64,000 nt of DNA from Octopus vulgaris (taxonomy: Eukaryota): positions 167,028,001-167,092,000 of the forward strand of contig OX597814.1 in assembly GCA_951406725.2 (NCBI GenBank). The letters run 5' to 3'. The notes under the pieces were generated by a model. That model saw only the letters and a list, made by a program, of their open reading frames with translations, did no database searches and had not been told where the DNA came from. This document shows, piece after piece, positions 26,040 to 39,529 of the stretch. Each line of letters starts with the position of its first letter. Position 1 is the first letter of the stretch. The position numbers were made by a program, and so were the translations under genes.

Positions 26040-26210
26040 TATTCTTTTCTACTCTAGGCAGGCACAAGGCCCGAAATTTTGGGGAGGGGGGGTCAGTCAA
26101 TTAGATCGACCCCAGTACGCAACTGGTACTTAATTTATCAACCCTGAAAGGATGAAAGGCAAAGTCGACCTCAGCAGAATTTGAACTCAGAACGTAAAGA
26201 CAGACGAAAT
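26040..26210 (-). mobile_element. SINE family C (Meta/MESC-like domain); other copies near 11000, 36915-37143, 38830-39000, 41670-41845, 49885-50095
   Basis: GAGTTCAAATTC B box followed by GTCGACTTTGCCTTTCATCCTTTCAGGGTTGATAAATTAAGTACCAG. Confidence 0.8.
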
Positions 26211-27660
26211 CCACCCAGAATATTGCAGAGTAACATACTGGGTTTATTTATATATGCCTCAGTTTACTAAGTGAGAGAATAGGCATTCTATCTTTCTCTG
26301 AAAGATTTGGTGTTCCAGACTGTCAACCTATTTAGAAAGAGGTTTGGTTTAAATTTGTTAAACATCAAAGAAACTGGAGTTTCTTCTCAGTCCTATGAAC
26401 ACAACAGTTTTGGGAACTACTGTTTGTTCTGATCCAAATGTTTGGGAGTTTAGGAACAGATTTTTAACTGTCAAAATTCTTTAATTGGCATAAAAATAAT
26501 GCCAGATATAATACAGTTTAATGAATAGAATTAAAAATTTCATTTATATGTAAAACAGTTTGGATACTGAAAATTTTCAAACAAAACAAGATATATATAT
26601 ATATATAACACATTGATGCCTACATGTGTGCACGTGCCTACAGATTAGACTAAAAAGCATAGAGCTGTGTGTATGAGTATATATCTATGCATAGGATAGG
26701 TTGGGTAGGCTAAAAACATGTGTGCATATGTGTGTGAATGTATACAAATATACATATATATATACACAAACACACACACATGATAAGCTAAAATGTAAAC
26801 GTATTCCCCTATATAAATATTTCGAGGAAATAAAAATCAACTTCTTTCATAATATTTAAATTTATTGTTATCTTGACAAGTTTTTAAAACATCTTATAAT
26901 TATTACTTAATCTAATGTATAATTAAAATGATTTTCTGCAGTTAAACTTGAGAGAACAACTTCAAGAAATACTATTGCGTTATTTTATCCCATGACTTTC
27001 AAATGGTAAGATTTTAATAAAATGACCATTACTAAAAACTTTAATGTCCTTCTTCAATACTACACTGCTCTCTCTCCCTCCTTTATTACTTTTATAACAG
27101 ACTACTCTTCAATCACTCAAAATGACCTATTGCATATACTTCTCTGAATTTCATCTTCTCCCTCTCACACACACACATCACCATCATCATTAACATGCAT
27201 TTTCCATAGTGGTATGGGTTGGATGGTTTGACAGGAGCTGGAGAGCTGTCAAGGCTCCAATTGTTTGTTTTGGTATGGCTTTTACACCTGGATGCCCTTC
27301 CTAATGTCAACCACTTTACAGAGTATATTGGAAGCTTTTTGTGTGGCACCGGCGCATAATATATATATATATATAGATAGATATAGATATCTGTGTGTGT
27401 GTGCACACAAACACACACACACACATACACCTTCCACCAGAAATCATGTAGAGACTCATTCTGAGAACTGCCATCTTATGAAACACTTTCTCCTATTTCA
27501 TTTTTGTATTTGGTTGCAAGATTTTTGATGTGAACTCATGCATTAAAACAAATTTTGTTTATCTTGTGAAGGATCATTACATCAATAATAAATACATACA
27601 CAGGTCCAATTTCACTTTTTTTAAATTATTAGTCAACAGGTTTATTTACCCAGCCAGCTA

Positions 27661-28172
27661 CAGTAAATCCGCGAGTATAGTCCGCCCTTGAGTATAATAC
27701 ACAGGGGAATTTTAGGGGGCTGTACCTCTGAAAAACCTAAACCATGTGTATAATAAGCACTCCTTCTCTAACCTGTATCAAGGAGGTCTATATAACGTCC
27801 TTGGTTTGTAAAAATATATACAGTAACGTCCTTTATTATTATTGTATATATAACATAATGCAAATGTGTAGCTTTTTTGTGCATTTTGTTTGCAGAAAAT
27901 AAAGAAGTAACAGTAATAATGTTTAATAAATGTTGCTTACTGCAAGTTATGGATTATTCTTTTATGACTTCATTGCTTTCAGGCTTAGCTTAAGGTATTT
28001 TTGCGCCTGACATCACAAAATGCATCTGAATAAGCATTGCCAGACAGCAAATACAGACTCAGACATTGCTTAGAAAATATTTTTCATTTTTAACCTCATA
28101 TATAGTACGCACAAGGGATTTTGACCTTTAAATTTGGGGGGAAAAGTGCGGATTATACTTGAGGATTTACAG
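27661..28172. mobile_element. pogo/Tc1-mariner non-autonomous element (512 bp)
   Basis: About 25-bp TIRs (CAGTAAATCCGCGAGTATAGTCCGC / GCGGATTATACTTGAGGATTTACAG), with TA on both sides. Confidence 0.85.
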
Positions 28173-29320
28173 TAATTGATTGCTTATTTAATCAGTCAGT
28201 TGTCTGTCAAAGTTCTTTTGGCACTATTTACCACCTCATCAATTATATGCCCTCCCATCTCCAGGTTTGCTTCAAATCTGTCTGGTTAAATGACTAGCCA
28301 ATTGACTAATAATAAAGTGAAATTGAACCAGTGCATGTTTATTATTGATATATTGACCCTCTCAAGATACAACACTTCAATTTTATATCAAAATCATATA
28401 CTTTTGATACACAAAATTAACGAAATCAATTTTGTCTCTCACCATCTAATTAATTCAAAATAACTACCATGACCAGGCAGTACAATTAAAAACAAAAAAA
28501 AAACAAAAAAAACTTACAAACTACTTTTGTGAAGATTAAATTATGCCCATAATATATGTAACTGGAAGTTGTAAAAATTCCCCCAATTAAAACAACTCCT
28601 AATAACTGCTCCACCTTACAAAATCCTATATTTATATTACCATTAAACGATGATAATGATGATGATTCCTAAGTAGGAACCTAAAAAGAAAAAGCACCAA
28701 AAAATTTTTACTCTTTGCCATCATTTTTGATATTATTATTGTGCATCCTTATATGTTGCATAAATATTTCATTAAGTGCTTGTTAAAACCCTCAGCTCCA
28801 GTTGCCCAAGCCACAATTTTAACTCTATGCTGTGAAAAAAAAAACATTAATAACTCTAATAATTAAATTCAGCCTATTATCATTATATAAAATTATAAAA
28901 ATGAATAGAATCTACTTACCAGGAACCAATAATAGCATAACAGTTTAACATCATAAACCTCAATATATCAATATCAAAACTGACTAGACATGGGAACCAA
29001 TTCTTGCCAGAAAGGAATATTTCAATTGAATTGGCCCTTAGAATAATATTTAATTGACCTGAGAAAATTGGAAATAAAATCATTTTGAGAAGATTTCAGG
29101 TGAGAATCTGTAAAGAAAGAAAGCTAAATACTGCAAGTTCAGTGCATGTGCTACCATTTCTGCCAATTCCGCCAACCTGATAGCAATAAAATTCAAAAAT
29201 AGAAAATGCCAGATTTCATAAATGTATGCTTTTAAAAATCAACCAAAGAATTATAGATATTTACCGTTTCAATTAAGGAAAATGCTGTATATAACAATAA
29301 AAAGTATGTGTCAACTTTAC

Positions 29321-30182
29321 CTTGCATATGACTTCCTGGAATCTGTCCAGAAACTGCAGGTGGATTTGGACTATTATTGTACTGAGCATCTGGTACAGGA
29401 GGAGTAGCATGTGAAAGAAGAGGAGGTCTTGAACTTGTGGGTGGGGGTCCAATTCCACCCATGTTACTTGTGGGGAGTGGTGGTCTTGGAGTTCTAGTCA
29501 TAGGTGGCATACTCCCAATAGCACTGCTGGTGTTTGGATTTACAGGTCCCATATTATAACCAGGTATTTGCTGATGCTGTTGCTGATTTTGTAATGGTTG
29601 AGATGGTAATGGAGGCCTCATAGATCCTGTTGTTGAAGGATGACCGGCTGCAGGGTAAGTAGGTTTGGACTCACTAGAAAAGGGTACAATATTCTGTGGG
29701 GGGCCCATGGAATTTTTAGGATACTGGGCAATGGAATTAGGTTCCATACTGCTGGGGCCATTAACAAAAGGCTGTGAAGACATAGGGGGATGAGGAGCAC
29801 TCACAGAAGAAGGAACTAACATTCGAGGGCCACTATCTGATGGACCATATTGACCAAGTGAACCTACATTTTGGGATGAAGCATAATTATATGATTGCCC
29901 TGATGACATTCTGGGAGGCCCACTTCTAACTGTGTTCATAGCTTGAGAATGACCTATAGATGGAGGGCTACTAAAACCATTATAAGTATTTGAGAGTGGA
30001 GGCAGTTGACCATGTGATTGTGGATGCTGCTGTTGTGGATGCTGCAACTGGGTAGGAGGCATTGAAGTCATCCCACTTGGTACACTAGCTTGTGGTTGGT
30101 AATTAGACATTGGAACATTCTGTGGTGGACCAAAAACTCCAGGAGGTGGCCCGCTTTTCATAGGCATAGGCGGTGCTGACAT
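29321..30182 (-). CDS. SEC24B: Sec24A/B-type COPII subunit, first supported coding exon (Pro/Ser/Gln-rich N-terminus)
   Basis: The exon spans 29321-30184 (864 nt), with acceptor ttttttcag|CAATG and donor CAAG|gtaaag. It lies within ORF 29232..30206 and reads MSAPPMPMKSGPPPG...GSHMQG. The ATG at 30182 is the presumed start. Confidence 0.88.
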
Positions 30183-30376
30183 TGCTGAAAAAAGAAAAAA
30201 AATCAAGAAAATATATATTAGAAAGTCAGAAAATGCTAAATCAATTTTATCTTAAATTCTACTTCTACCCTACCCTTCATTTTAACAAAATATTTATACA
30301 AACCTTGAATTGCAATTAACCAAGTAAATAAATTTGCAGGTTCACTATACAAATATAGAAAGACATTAACAAGGCA

Positions 30377-30682
30377 TAGGAGTGGCTGTGTGGTAAGTAG
30401 CTTGCTTACCAACCACATGGTTCCGGGTTTAGTCCCACTGCGTGGCACCTTGGGCAAGTGTCTTCTACTATAGCCTCGGGCCGACTAAAGCCTTGTGAGT
30501 GGATTTGGTAGATGGAAACTGAAAGAAGCCCATCGTATATGCTGGTGTGTTTACATTCCTGTAACTTAGCGGCTCGGCAAAAGAGGCCGATAGAATAAGT
30601 ACTAGTCTTCCAAAGAATAAGTCCTGGGTCGATTTGCTTGACTAAAGGCCACAGTCAAATGATTGAAACGAGTAAAAGAGTA
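30377..30682 (+). mobile_element. SINE family A with internal deletion
   Basis: Head and tail intact; the microsatellite middle is missing. Confidence 0.9.
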
Positions 30683-30775
30683 ATTAACTTGTATGATATA
30701 AGCTCTAATTTCAAACTGAAAAAATAATCAAGGCCCAGTGTAACAGTTAAAGCAGTCACCAAACATGCAACATAC

Positions 30776-30900
30776 AGTAATCATTCGCTATATTACGGTT
30801 CACCTATCACGCCCTTAGTATTTTATGGCTTTTTCTGGCTAATATATGTAAATTTATATCATGGGTTTCTGTGGCCGATAGGTATTTATATTTTTTTTGG
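30776..30900 (+). mobile_element. Tigger/pogo-like terminal fragment
   Basis: TA-CAGTAATCATTCGCTATATTACGGTTCACCTATCACG. Confidence 0.45.
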
Positions 30901-31039
30901 ATAAATAAATCTCAGATGAAATACCAGTTTATTGTGTTTTGATAATTTGAAGAATTTCATACTAAGTTACTTCAGATTTAACAAGAGCAAAAGCATAGAC
31001 CAAAGGCAAAGTGCAAGATCCATTTACAAGAGTACGAAT

Positions 31040-31072
<33 letters not shown>

Positions 31073-31579
31073 CTAATCACTAGTTGGAACAAAATACACA
31101 CACCTTTAGAACATAAATAGATTCATTTATTATCCTATGCAAATTTAAAATTGGCTAAATGCTCTCTTTTTAAACTAAATTTTCTAATAATAGTCTTATT
31201 TTTATTTCATACTAAAAATTATTCAATATTTGAAATTGTCATATTTATAAATTTACTTTACAAAATAATACATGAAAAAAACATTGCATAATCTGTAGTA
31301 CATTTTACATTGAAAACTATCTTCTTTTATCTTTCCTTTCTTCCAGTCATTTGATGGTAGCCATGTTACAGCTTTAGTCAAACAAATCAACCCAAGTACT
31401 TATATATTTTAAAGCCTGGTACTTATTCCATTCGTCCCTTGACAGGGATGTAAACAAACCGACACAGGTTGACAAGTAGCGGGGGGTGGGGGCAAACACA
31501 GATCATATATACACAACAGGCTTCCACACAGTTTCTATCTACCAAATTCACTCACAAGGCATTTGTTGGTCCAGAGTAA

Positions 31580-31790
31580 AAATTATTCCATGAAAAGTTG
31601 CTTGGTAAACAAGATATTTCAATGAAAAGTAATTCTAATAATGAAATGTTATTCAATGAAAAATCATTCACTATAGAAACAATAATTTATTGAAATGACT
31701 TTTGATAAAAGTCATTTCAATAAATTCTTGTTTCTATAGTCAATCAACAGAGATTCAATGAAAAGATGTTGCATAAAAGGTCACGGAACC
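31580..31790. repeat. Degenerate ~15-bp tandem repeat element with internal 71-nt hairpin
   Basis: ATTCAATGAAAAG-like units; hairpin at 31670-31740. Confidence 0.7.
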
Positions 31791-33039
31791 AATGGAACAA
31801 TAATATCTAATATGGAAATATATAGTTCCCCATTAAACAATGAAGTCATTGTTTCACTGACTTTCGATACAGAGTAATTACATCTTGTACAGTAATTACC
31901 TAAAAGATGGATGAGATCCATCTAGCTGACTGGACCTTAATACATTAATACAAAATTTTAAAATGAATTTCCTATAATCCAGTGGTTTCTCTAAACCAGC
32001 AATCCACAACCTATTTTGTGCTAAGGGCCGGTTTTATGCAAGACAATGTTTCTACAGTCCAGGGGATCCCTCGCATAAAACATAATAAAGTGCAAAATAT
32101 ATAATTTGATTGTTACATATATAATATATACATGATGCAAAAACACCCTGGAGATAGTGAAAATCAATAAAATAGAAATGAATAAATTATTCAATGAAAA
32201 TTTAAATCTTCTATTGAAGCTTCTTAGTCCTCTAATAAAATACAAAGCCTTTTAACCTGCAACAACAGTGTTTAGAGACACTGGTTGCTCCAAGTGAAGA
32301 TGTTACAAATCCTTTAGTCAGTTGTATTTTATAGGTGGATGAGAATTGTCTTGCTTTAAGCTTTTTAAACTCCCATACTAAATTTTGCCAATTAAACAAG
32401 AGATATCCTTATTTCTCTCTCTGATGGTCACATTGTAGATAATTTTTCTGTCAAGTATTTGAAGAGAGCACATACTTCCATTGAAACAAGAAGATAAAAG
32501 GACAAGCTACATCACCTACAATTTCATACTCAATAGAAAAAGAGAAAAAACAGCTGATGCAAACACTTGTATAAAATAAACCTCAAAGATAAAATTTACT
32601 TTTTTTCAAAAACAGAAAGCAAACAAACAATGAATAGCTGTAGCTGCCAGAAAATATCAATCAATAAACACTAATACAAACATTGACTTAGTTCAAAAAC
32701 TCTTAGCAACAAAGCAAATGTTCAGCATCAAATTCCACCAGTTGAACTCAGAATTCAAGAGATCAAAAACCAGTTTATTGCAATACTTCTTATATTTCAA
32801 TTATTGTGATACGTTTTATAATATTGTGACACATCTTAAAAATTTGGAAAATAAAACTTTTATCGATTGATTCCATCAGTTGTTATACTAAGTCTATAAC
32901 AGTTTCTAAATAATTTAACTATAGACAAGGAAAAGGAGTTAACATATAGACCCATTCACAATATTAGGTATGTAGAAGGGAAGTGGCTGAGTAAAAAGTT
33001 ATTTTGATAACCTTTTATTAATTTCTGAATACAAATCTA

Positions 33040-34236
33040 TTGGGTCATCCCATAAATAATGCGTTTTTTTTATACTTCTTTTATTTTTCTACAATGCTTT
33101 TCCATCTACCCAGTAGACTTGCAAGGCCCCTCTTCCAAAATTCACTTGTCCATGATGAAAAATACTCCTCGAGTACTGTTCTGACCTCATCTACAGAATT
33201 CACATTTTTTCCATCCAAATGATTTTGAAGACTACGGAATAACTGATAATCAGATGGGGTAATGACTGGCAAATATGATGGGGGGGGGGCAGTGTTTCCC
33301 ATTCAAACTGCTCCAGTGCCTTTGGAATGTCATCCTTGCTGTATGGTCAAGCATTATCTTGAAACCAAAGATGGTTGTTTTTGTACTAGTGCTGACTTAA
33401 GCCACTCAAGCTGCTCGCAGAAAATTTCTTTTGTTATCGTTTGGTTTGGGTTTAAAAGTTCAGAGTGGACTAAACCTTCCATATCCCACCAAACAGATAA
33501 CAACACCTTATGTGGGTGAATACTTTCTTTAGCCTGGGATGCCAGTGTTTCTCCTTTCCCTACCCAGTCTTCAGTGCTTTTATAGAAAACCCATTTCTCA
33601 TCACCACTTACTATTCAGTTCAAAAAAAGTTCATTAGTGAGATGTGACGGCAAAGAAGAGCACATATTCACTCACTGCATGCGATTAGACTTGGAAACTT
33701 TGTGAGGAACCCATTGACCCAATTTGCTGACTTTTCCGATGGCACACAAGTGTCAATGAATGGTTGAATGACCAAATCCATTCAAGCTTCTCTGCTAGTT
33801 CCTCAACAGTTACAATGGGATTTTGTTCCTCCAGGGTTTACAGGATGTCTTCGTTGAGCTCTACAGACCTTCCAGGACAAGGCTGGTCTTCTAGGCTGTA
33901 GTTTCCAGCTCAGAATTTCTGAAACCACCATTGACACTGGCTTACACTTATTGTCCAATCCTCATATACTGCATTAATATTCCTTGCACTTTTCATTGCA
34001 TTGTTGCCTTTATTGAACTCATAATGCCAAATATGCTCCTTTGTCACTTCATTTATAGCTTTGAAAAAATAACTGTTAAAATCGAACTGCACTCTTCAAA
34101 ACTTGCTCTAAGAATAAGTGCAAGGTAAAATTACTACCTGCTTTTATAGTAAGTTGATACAGGTAGTTTATTCCATTCCCCTCTGACTCTTAGTTCATGC
34201 AATTGAAAAAAACACACTATTTATGCAATGACCCAA
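33040..34236 (-). mobile_element. Full-length degenerate mariner transposon (1197 bp)
   Basis: TIRs TTGGGTCATCCCATAAATAATGCG / CACACTATTTATGCAATGACCCAA with TA TSDs. Transposase pieces YEFNKGNNAMKSARNINAVY..CQWWFQKF and PSDYQLFRSLQNHL..FWKRGLASLLGRW. Confidence 0.93.
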
Positions 34237-35155
34237 TAATTCAGGCATTAAATTATTCTTGAGCAGAATACTTTATTTTACATCACTTCAGTTCACTTAG
34301 CAGTAGGAAAGAGATCACCTGAGAATGTTACCTGCAACAGACTGACATTCTGTCCTGGGGAAGTTTTATTAACGCCAAGCACCAGCTCTTTAAAATCACT
34401 TCAGAGCTCAAGAAGCATTTATGTTTTATATTTACAATAGTAAACATAGTTATAACAAAGAAGTACAACACAGAGGGAAAAAAGCTAGACAGATTTTGAC
34501 AATAATTATGACGTACTTAAAGTGAGTGCTTTCACACGCACTAATTAAATTTCATGTCATCCGAATATCACTCATGTCACATGAAATGATGTTGAAATGA
34601 TAATGTTCCATATAAAGATATCCGAGAAATAATTTAAGTTTGGTTGAGTTATGCTCACTCCTATAAGATAGTGAAATATATTTTAAAATCCTATGGAGAA
34701 AAAAGCATAAAAAAAGAATGTGTTAAATAACCAATCTTAAAGGACACTTAACAAAAGACCAAGAAAAAAATTAAGAACAATTAAGCTGAATAAAACTGTT
34801 AGAACAAAAAAAAAAATGCCAATAAATAACAGATTCCAGCAAAGTGATTACCAATGTGTATCTTTTATGATTTGAAACCAGTCGATAAAAAATCCAAGGT
34901 TAACATAACAAATTAGAAGAAAGTTTATCTAGCCAGCTATTAAATAGCTCTGGCTGACATTTGCAAAGCCTACCACGTTAATCTGGTAAAATCAACTGGA
35001 AGATAAAATAAACAAATCTATAAAACATTCCTAGCTCTTTATAACATGTAACTAACAACAACATTGGAATATAACCCCTGCCTAGCCTGTGGCAAGTTAT
35101 TCTTTAGATAAAATATTGAGGAATTGCATAGAAGTACTACTTTTGAACAAAGGTC

Positions 35156-36321
35156 GGATCTTTTCAATTTGATGGCCAGATTTTTTAATTATTTTTTAAA
35201 AACTAAACACTTAGAAACTTTGGATACTGGTAGAATGTATCCCATAAAACGGGGTTTACTCTTTACATTTTTGACAAAATTTTGTATTTTAGAAGTTATT
35301 TCGTGTTAAAGTTGTCGTATTTGGGTAATTTTAACCAATCAATGACATGTATTCAGCTGAAGAGAATTACAGCTGCTGTTTACAAAAAACAACTTCTGGG
35401 TCCCCTCCCCTAACAAAACTTTTCTTTAATAACCCGAGATGTTTTTTATAGCAACATAGGTTTGCTGTATCAGGGTTGATTTGAGGTTAAATAACAACAA
35501 AATAATTACTGAGACAGACCAACGATGGAGCCTGTATGTGGTTGCATGACCTGCTAGAAAAAGTAGCCAAACTTTTTTTATATACAGAATAGAAAAACCT
35601 CTCTCCTGTGATATACATGGAGAGACCATTATGTCTGGGACTAAATAACAAATGATGAAGGGAATGAGACGAAGCAACGAGAGAGCCTTTACCTGGTCAC
35701 TCAAGTTGCTAGAAAGAGCAACCAAATCTTCTTGACAAAAATAAAAATGAAATTTCAATCTTCAAGAAAAAAAAAAATAATTCAAGTTTATATTATTTTA
35801 TAATGGTCGCTTAGGAATTCACTACTTCTAGAAAAGAATAAGACAAAATGGTCATGGCTGGAACACTTTTTCTCATAGATTTATCCTTGGTTAAAATAAT
35901 ATTCTTCACTGAATGATGAAGCAGCTAAAGTTAAAGAAAAGTTGAAAGAATAAAAGGTAGCAAGTATGAAACTTTGGATACTGGTTGAATGTGTCAGAGG
36001 TTTTTCTATTCTGTACATAAAAAAGTTTGGCTACTTTTTCTAGCAGGCCATGCAACCACATTAAAGAAGGGTTTGTTAGGGGAGTGGACCCAGAAGTTGT
36101 TCTTTGCAAATAGCAGCAGTAAGTTTCTTCAGCTGAATACACATCACTGATTGGTTAAAATTACCCAAATACGACAATTTTAACATGAAATAACTTCTAA
36201 AGTACAAAATGTTGTCAAAACATTAAGAGTAAGTGACACATTCTACCAGTATCTGAAGTTTCAAAGTGTTTAGTTAAAAAAAAACTAATTAAAAAATCTG
36301 GCCATCAAACTGAAAAGATCC
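35156..36321. mobile_element. Long-TIR MITE, Merlin-like
   Basis: About 270-bp inverted arms starting GGATCTTTTCA; 8-bp TSD caaaggtc / caaagatc. Confidence 0.8.
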
Positions 36322-37479
36322 CAAAGATCATTGAAAAACTAAGTAAATAAACATCCTTACTAAGTTTCAGTCTCAACTAGAATAAAAAAATAATCTCAAA
36401 AAGAAAAAAAAAATATCTATTTATGAAAATTAATATCTTCCTTTGTTGTGTCATTTCACAAAGGGGCTCTGTTACTTGATGCTTGACCTGAACACTACAT
36501 CCTCTAATGTTGTTATTCAAACAGACTTCTTAAAAACAAAAAAAATTCAAGACATGACAATCCTATATGTTCTTTTTCTTTTAGGAATACTGAACCACAG
36601 CCCAGTAATTCTTCAACTGACAAATACCAGCCCTGCCCCATCCTTACAAAAAAAAAGTGAAAATCTTTTGTCTTACTCCCTTTAGAGAGCAGAATAGAGT
36701 TTCTGTCCTTGTAATTCTTGCTTAGTTATGATGTTGGGCGTGTTTAAAATTTTTTTTAAACAATACAAATTAAATTACAGAAAGAAATTTGTCCTGCACC
36801 TATTTTCAATCTCCCTATGTGGGACACTGTCTCAGGTTACATTATCCAATCTGGCTTGGTTGCCATTTCTAACAGGTTGAGCAAACATATAAAGGCTGCT
36901 TCCTTGGTCCATACCTATTTCTTTATTGCCCACAAGGGGCTAAACATAGAGGGGACAAACAAGTACAGACAAATGGATTAAGTCGATTACATCGACCCCC
37001 AGTGCATCACTGGTACTTAATTTATCGACACCGAAAGGATGAAAAGTAAAGTCGACCTCGGCAGAATTTGAATTCAGAACGCAGCAGCGAACGAAATACC
37101 ACAAAGCATTTCGCCCGGCGTGCTAACAATTCTGCTAGCTCACCATAAACTAAAGAGATTCCATCTGCTGTTTGTGGGTCTACTTTCAATGAAGCAAAAT
37201 ATACGCTTCTTATTGAAAACCATAATGACAACATAGCTCAGGTACATTTACCATGCAAGGCAGGGTATTCTGCTCTGCATATAAATTCTTATTTCAGATT
37301 GTATGGTCTCCTAGACCAGTCAGTATGAGAAACAATATATCTGTTGAATGAAAACTGGCAGAAAAAAAAAAAGATCAAGAAGAATAGGAGAGAGAAGATA
37401 AGTCAGTTTAGTTACTGGGAAAAATCAAGACGAATCAAATAATAGGAATTAGTACCAATTATTTAACGCAAAAGTACTA

Positions 37480-37690
37480 TGCCAGTGGTACATAAAAAGC
37501 ACTCATGCTGGTGCCACATAAAAGACCTAGCACACTCTGAAAAGTGGTTGGCATTAGGGAAGGGCATCCAGCCATAGAAATCACACCAAATCAGACTGGA
37601 GCTGGATGCAGCTCCCCAGGTTGCCAGCTCTGGTCAAACCATCCAACCTATGCCAGCATGGGCAATGGACCTTTAATGATGATGATGATG
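37480..37690 (+). mobile_element. RTE 3' end (family B)
   Basis: Same motifs as other family B copies, with a (GAT)n tail. Confidence 0.8.
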
Positions 37691-37859
37691 TATGTGTGGG
37701 CATGCATGTGAGTGTATATGTACACACACATACACACACACATATATATATATATATAGTTAATCTAAACAAGAAAGCACAAAAAACACAACAACGCGAG
37801 GACGTGGAACAAATATAGTATTATTGGACACTCAGGAGAGAAGGAGGATATATATACTC

Positions 37860-38255
37860 TTTCTCTTTTTTACTCTTTTACTTGTTTCAGTCATTTGACT
37901 GCGGCCATGCTGGAGCACCGCGGGACTTATTCTTTGTAAGCCCAGTACTTATTCTATCGGTCTCTTTTGCCGAACTGCTAAGTGACGGGGACGTAAACAC
38001 ACCAGCATCGGTTGTCAAGCAATGCTAGGGGGACAAACACAGACACACAAACATATACACACACACTTATATATATATATATATATACATATATATGACA
38101 GGCTTCTTTCAGTTTCCGTCTACCAAATCCACTCACAAGGCATTGGTCGGCCCGGGGCTATAGCAGAAGACACTTGCCCAAGATGCCACACAGTGGGACT
38201 GAACCCGGAACCATGTGGTTGGTTAGCAAGCTACTTACCACACGGCCACTCCTGC
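37860..38255 (-). mobile_element. SINE family A, young copy
   Basis: Retains many CpGs; full head and tail. Confidence 0.9.
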
Positions 38256-38263
38256 GCTTGCGC

Positions 38264-38306
<43 letters not shown>

Positions 38307-39445
38307 GGAGTTAAACGCAGGTGTTATACAAATTCTTTTACTTCTGACACATGTTTGAAAGATAGCACTGGTATTTTTCTACCTTTAAAACTTTAAAAAC
38401 AAGGTGTTACAACCTTTTTACTTGTGTGATTCTATATATTTTTTCCATGTTAATTGTTAACAAGGGGAAAATACACACATCTATTTACATATATATATAT
38501 AGTCCAACTCATACCAACTTGGAAAATGAATGTACGACGATGATATACTGGTACAGGCATGGCTGTGTAATTAGGAAGCCTGCCTCTCAACCACATGGTT
38601 TCAGGTTCAGACACACTATGCAGCACCCTAGGCAAGGTTGACCAAAGCTTTGTGAGTAGATTTGGTAGATAGAAGCTGAAAGAAACCTGACATATGTGAG
38701 TGTGCGTGTATTAATATACCCATGTATTGTCAAGTGATGGTTGTAAGGGAGCCTTACAGTCATACAATGCAGTTCATTTCAAGTCTTCTGTGAAAAATTT
38801 GTCTGGCCATGGAGAAATATTGGCTTCAAATTGTGACACAAGGCCAGCAATTTTGTGGGAGGGAGTTGTGTTCAACTGGTACTTATTTTATTCAACTTGA
38901 AAGGATGAAAGGTAGTATTTGAGCCCAGAATGTAAATATGGACAAAATACCACTTTGCATTTTGTCTGGTGCAGTAACTATTCTGCTGGCTTGCCACCCT
39001 GACCATGGCAAAATATTACCTTACTTGGAAACAGATGAGGATCGGTGACATCCAATGAAGAAAAAGTTACCTTGGCAAATTCTATCTGACCTATACAAGC
39101 ATAGAAAAGTGAACATTACAACTAGGATGATGTCTCTCTCACACACACACACGTACATAAAAGCAATGGATTGGTATAAACATTTGAGCTTAGAACAAAA
39201 TTCTTTACAATGTATTTAGTTTCATACTTTTAAGTTTAATTCAAATACTGCAGATGTCAACTTTGCCTTTTACTCTGCTGAAATTAAAGAACAAAATACC
39301 AGTCAAGTACCAGATTGGTATAACCAACTGCAGATTAGTTGGCATGTTGTTTAGTAATGGGCAACTGCTGAATATTGTTTACCTACAGATGCCTATGGAC
39401 ACTACATCTAAAAGAATGCATAACAGTTGCCTGAGGGCATTATGT

Positions 39446-39451
<6 letters not shown>

Positions 39452-39524
<73 letters not shown>
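39452..39524. repeat. (TA)n microsatellite
   Basis: About 36 TA units. Confidence 0.97.

Positions 39525-39529
<5 letters not shown>

Noticed and set aside
28920-28979. Strong donor CTG|gtaagt in the intron after the large exon
   Set aside because: Nearby acceptors are poor and both candidate exons contain in-frame stops; there is no support even as a poison exon.
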